Part shown: positions 53,939 to 54,530 of the stretch, in pieces
Numbering within the stretch: position 1 is the first letter of the stretch
Layout: every line of letters starts with the position of its first letter
DNA from: Nanobdellota archaeon
GTDB taxonomy: Archaea; Nanobdellota; Nanobdellia; Pacearchaeales; GW2011-AR1
Direction: 5' to 3'
Assembly (NCBI GenBank): GCA_038045405.1
Contig: JBBSYF010000015.1
Span: 1-54,530 of the forward strand
Length of the DNA: 54,530 nt
Position numbers and translations under genes: made by a program
Notes under the pieces: model-generated
What the model saw: the letters and a program-made list of their open reading frames with translations, nothing else
What the model was told of the DNA's origin: nothing
The model's database searches: none

Positions 53939-54253
53939 ATGTTTATGTTAAGTAAAATCATTACATGGGATATTTATGAGATAATTCCAGAATCAAGTTT
54001 AGTAACTGGGGTAAAGATGAGGGGAAGGATAAGGAAGTTTTGTTTGGAAGCTGGAAGGAACGTTCTTGTTGAAAATGTGGAAGACATAGATAATAGGGTT
54101 AGATTTGCCGTTCCTTCAGGAGAAAGTGCTTCAGAAATCATAGAGTATATAATAGGACTAGCCCCAGATGTAAAAATTGTGCAGGTTATGAAGAAGGTTC
54201 CAAATCCCGTACTTTCCAAATTGAAGATAAACATTACGGAGAGATATAAGTAA
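53939..54253 (+). CDS. hypothetical protein
   Basis: ORF of about 104 aa from ATG 53939 (the track starts at TTG 53924). No motif recognised. Confidence 0.35.
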   Translation: MFMLSKIITWDIYEIIPESSLVTGVKMRGRIRKFCLEAGRNVLVENVEDIDNRVRFAVPSGESASEIIEYIIGLAPDVKIVQVMKKVPNPVLSKLKINITERYK

Positions 54254-54417
54254 TAGAGTGAGAGTAAGGAAGTATATTAATAGGAAGAATTAGAAAAAGG
54301 TTAGTTAATGGAAGAAGTTAGTTGAATAAGATATTGAGTATTCTAAGTTAAGTTAAAAGATGGTTTTGGATTAAGTCAATTTAGGATAATACAATAAGGT
54401 AAGAGCTTAGGTAAGAA

Positions 54418-54530
54418 TTAGTACATACCTTCTTCAAACTTGTGTCTTGGCTCTTCTTTAGCCTTTACAGGTTCTTTGTGGATTCTTGCAAAGGAAGGTG
54501 TTGCGATAACCATGTTTTCTCCGAAACCAG
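54418..54530 (-). CDS. 3' end of an unidentified gene running off the window
   Basis: The open frame reads ...GFGENMVIATPSFARIHKEPVKAKEEPRHKFEEGMY-stop. Confidence 0.4.
   Translation of the reverse strand, partial: GFGENMVIATPSFARIHKEPVKAKEEPRHKFEEGMY

Overview
AT-rich archaeal window. The markers point to a small-genome, DPANN-like archaeon: eS19/eL39/eL31, PCNA, a PriS primase fused to a PriL-CTD-like domain, Cbf5, TrmY, form III RuBisCO and a compact RNase P RNA. From 1 to about 20.6 kb the content is mostly housekeeping. It holds RNase P RNA, tRNA-Phe, cysS, RuBisCO, NUDIX, a ribosomal protein cluster, a DNA-repair cluster (AlkD-like, dCMP deaminase, Ogg, Fe-S-less Nth), cbf5-trmY and lysS. 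From about 20.6 to 54.5 kb the content is accessory and cell-surface related. It includes a homing-endonuclease-like gene beside Hjc-like nuclease copies and a secreted ComEA-like DNA-binding protein. It also includes large cysteine-rich surface proteins that share a juxtamembrane Cys module. Five type IV prepilin-like (class III signal) genes lie here (a sixth is at 1504), interleaved with toxin-antitoxin modules (MNT-HEPN, VapBC), an IS200-type element and a NYN / possible ART-like / zinc-ribbon cassette. Further downstream are an S-layer protein gene with a long leader, MazEF, and an exosortase/archaeosortase-like gene near a surface protein whose C-terminal anchor is out of frame. The best candidate for an undescribed system is the prepilin-like / cysteine-rich surface locus (about 24.4-43.4 kb) and the conflict-type cassettes translationally coupled into it. 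No CRISPR array or rRNA was seen. All functional calls come from reading motifs by eye, with no database search.
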